A stretch of 64,000 nt of DNA from Actinomycetes bacterium. GTDB lineage: Bacteria > Actinomycetota > Acidimicrobiia > Acidimicrobiales > CADCSY01. Shown piece by piece: positions 63,764-64,000 of this stretch. Position 1 is the stretch's first letter, and the number at the start of each line of letters is the position of its first letter. Where the stretch lies: assembly GCA_031399525.1 (NCBI GenBank), contig JANNOZ010000016.1:2896-66895 (forward strand). Reading direction: 5' to 3'. The position numbers were made by a program, and so were the translations under genes. The notes under the pieces are model-generated. The model was not told the origin of the DNA and ran no database searches. It saw only the letters and a list, made by a program, of their open reading frames with translations.

Positions 63764-64000
63764 CCGTCGTCGCCACCGCCGGCCACGTCGACCACGGCAA
63801 GTCGACCCTGGTCCGGGCCCTGACCGGCGTCGATCCTGACCGGCTCCCCGAGGAGAAGGCCCGGGGCCTCACCCTCGACCTGGGCTTCGCTTCCTGTCGG
63901 TTGCCGTCGGGACGCACTGCGTCGTTCGTCGACGTGCCCGGCCACGAGCGCCTGGTCGGCACCATGTTGGCCGGCGTCGGGCCGGCCGCGGCCTGCCTCT
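63760..64000 (+). CDS. selB: selenocysteine-specific elongation factor, N-terminal part (continues beyond the right edge)
   Basis: The TTG at 63760 overlaps the selA stop (TTGA). The translation is [43 protein letters not shown]…DVPGHERL, containing GTPase motifs G1 to G3. Confidence 0.85.
   Translation, partial: MTVVATAGHVDHGKSTLVRALTGVDPDRLPEEKARGLTLDLGFASCRLPSGRTASFVDVPGHERLVGTMLAGVGPAAACL

Overview
This is a high-G+C chromosomal window, with hand-counted 60-nt lines around 70-75% G+C. It looks like an Actinomycetota genome, possibly an Acidimicrobiia-like lineage, but that placement is inference only. Most of it is a conserved housekeeping backbone. From memory, the gene order parallels the mycobacterial clpC1-lysS-coaX-panDC-folKBPE-ftsH-hpt-tilS ... 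holB-topA-helicase-Tad locus region (Rv3596c to Rv3661).

Left to right, I call the following:
- the clpC 5' end
- a polyprenyl synthase and a flavin reductase
- a long minus-strand array: lysS, coaX, nadC, nadB, panD, panC
- a VOC protein
- folK, folB, a Cys-less PTP-fold protein, folP, folE, ftsH, hpt, tilS, a Zn-metalloprotease and a small membrane protein
- rshA, sigH, tRNA-Thr, holB, tmk, an MFS transporter, topA, a DtxR-family regulator and nhaA
- a DEAD-box/DUF1998 helicase
- a Tad/Flp-like pilus locus (tadE, flp-like, tadC, tadB, cpaF, cpaE/ssd-like)
- a HAD-IB hydrolase, a TIGR03086/DinB-like protein, a methyltransferase, an orphan and nadE
- a roughly 1.6 kb low-G+C orphan island
- glnE and arfB
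- an accessory stretch: LLM oxidoreductase, TetR, sortase, an LPFTG-anchored DUF3494 protein, TetR, a frameshifted DUF2510-like membrane protein, an APH-like kinase, a lipoprotein and an orphan
- three glutamine synthetases (glnA, glnII, glnA2-like) plus glnR
- an aldo/keto reductase, RidA, a 2Fe-2S/molybdo-hydroxylase-like fusion, a Tat lipoprotein, an IscA/ErpA-type protein, Mrp/ApbC, an MBL hydrolase and FxsA
- a complete selenocysteine machinery: selD, tRNA-Sec, selA and the selB 5' end

I saw no CRISPR array, transposase, integrase or rRNA.

The most unusual items are:
- a PTP-fold protein with an HE-x5-R motif in place of HC-x5-R, embedded in the folate operon
- the low-G+C orphan island between nadE and glnE
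- a palindromic repeat family with one copy in-frame inside nadB
- tRNA-Thr lying 4 nt upstream of the sigH start codon
- a sortase/DUF3494 pair
- the clustered nitrogen-assimilation genes with candidate GlnR boxes

All calls come from reading the six-frame translations and the nucleotide sequence by eye. No database search was run, and start codons are best guesses.
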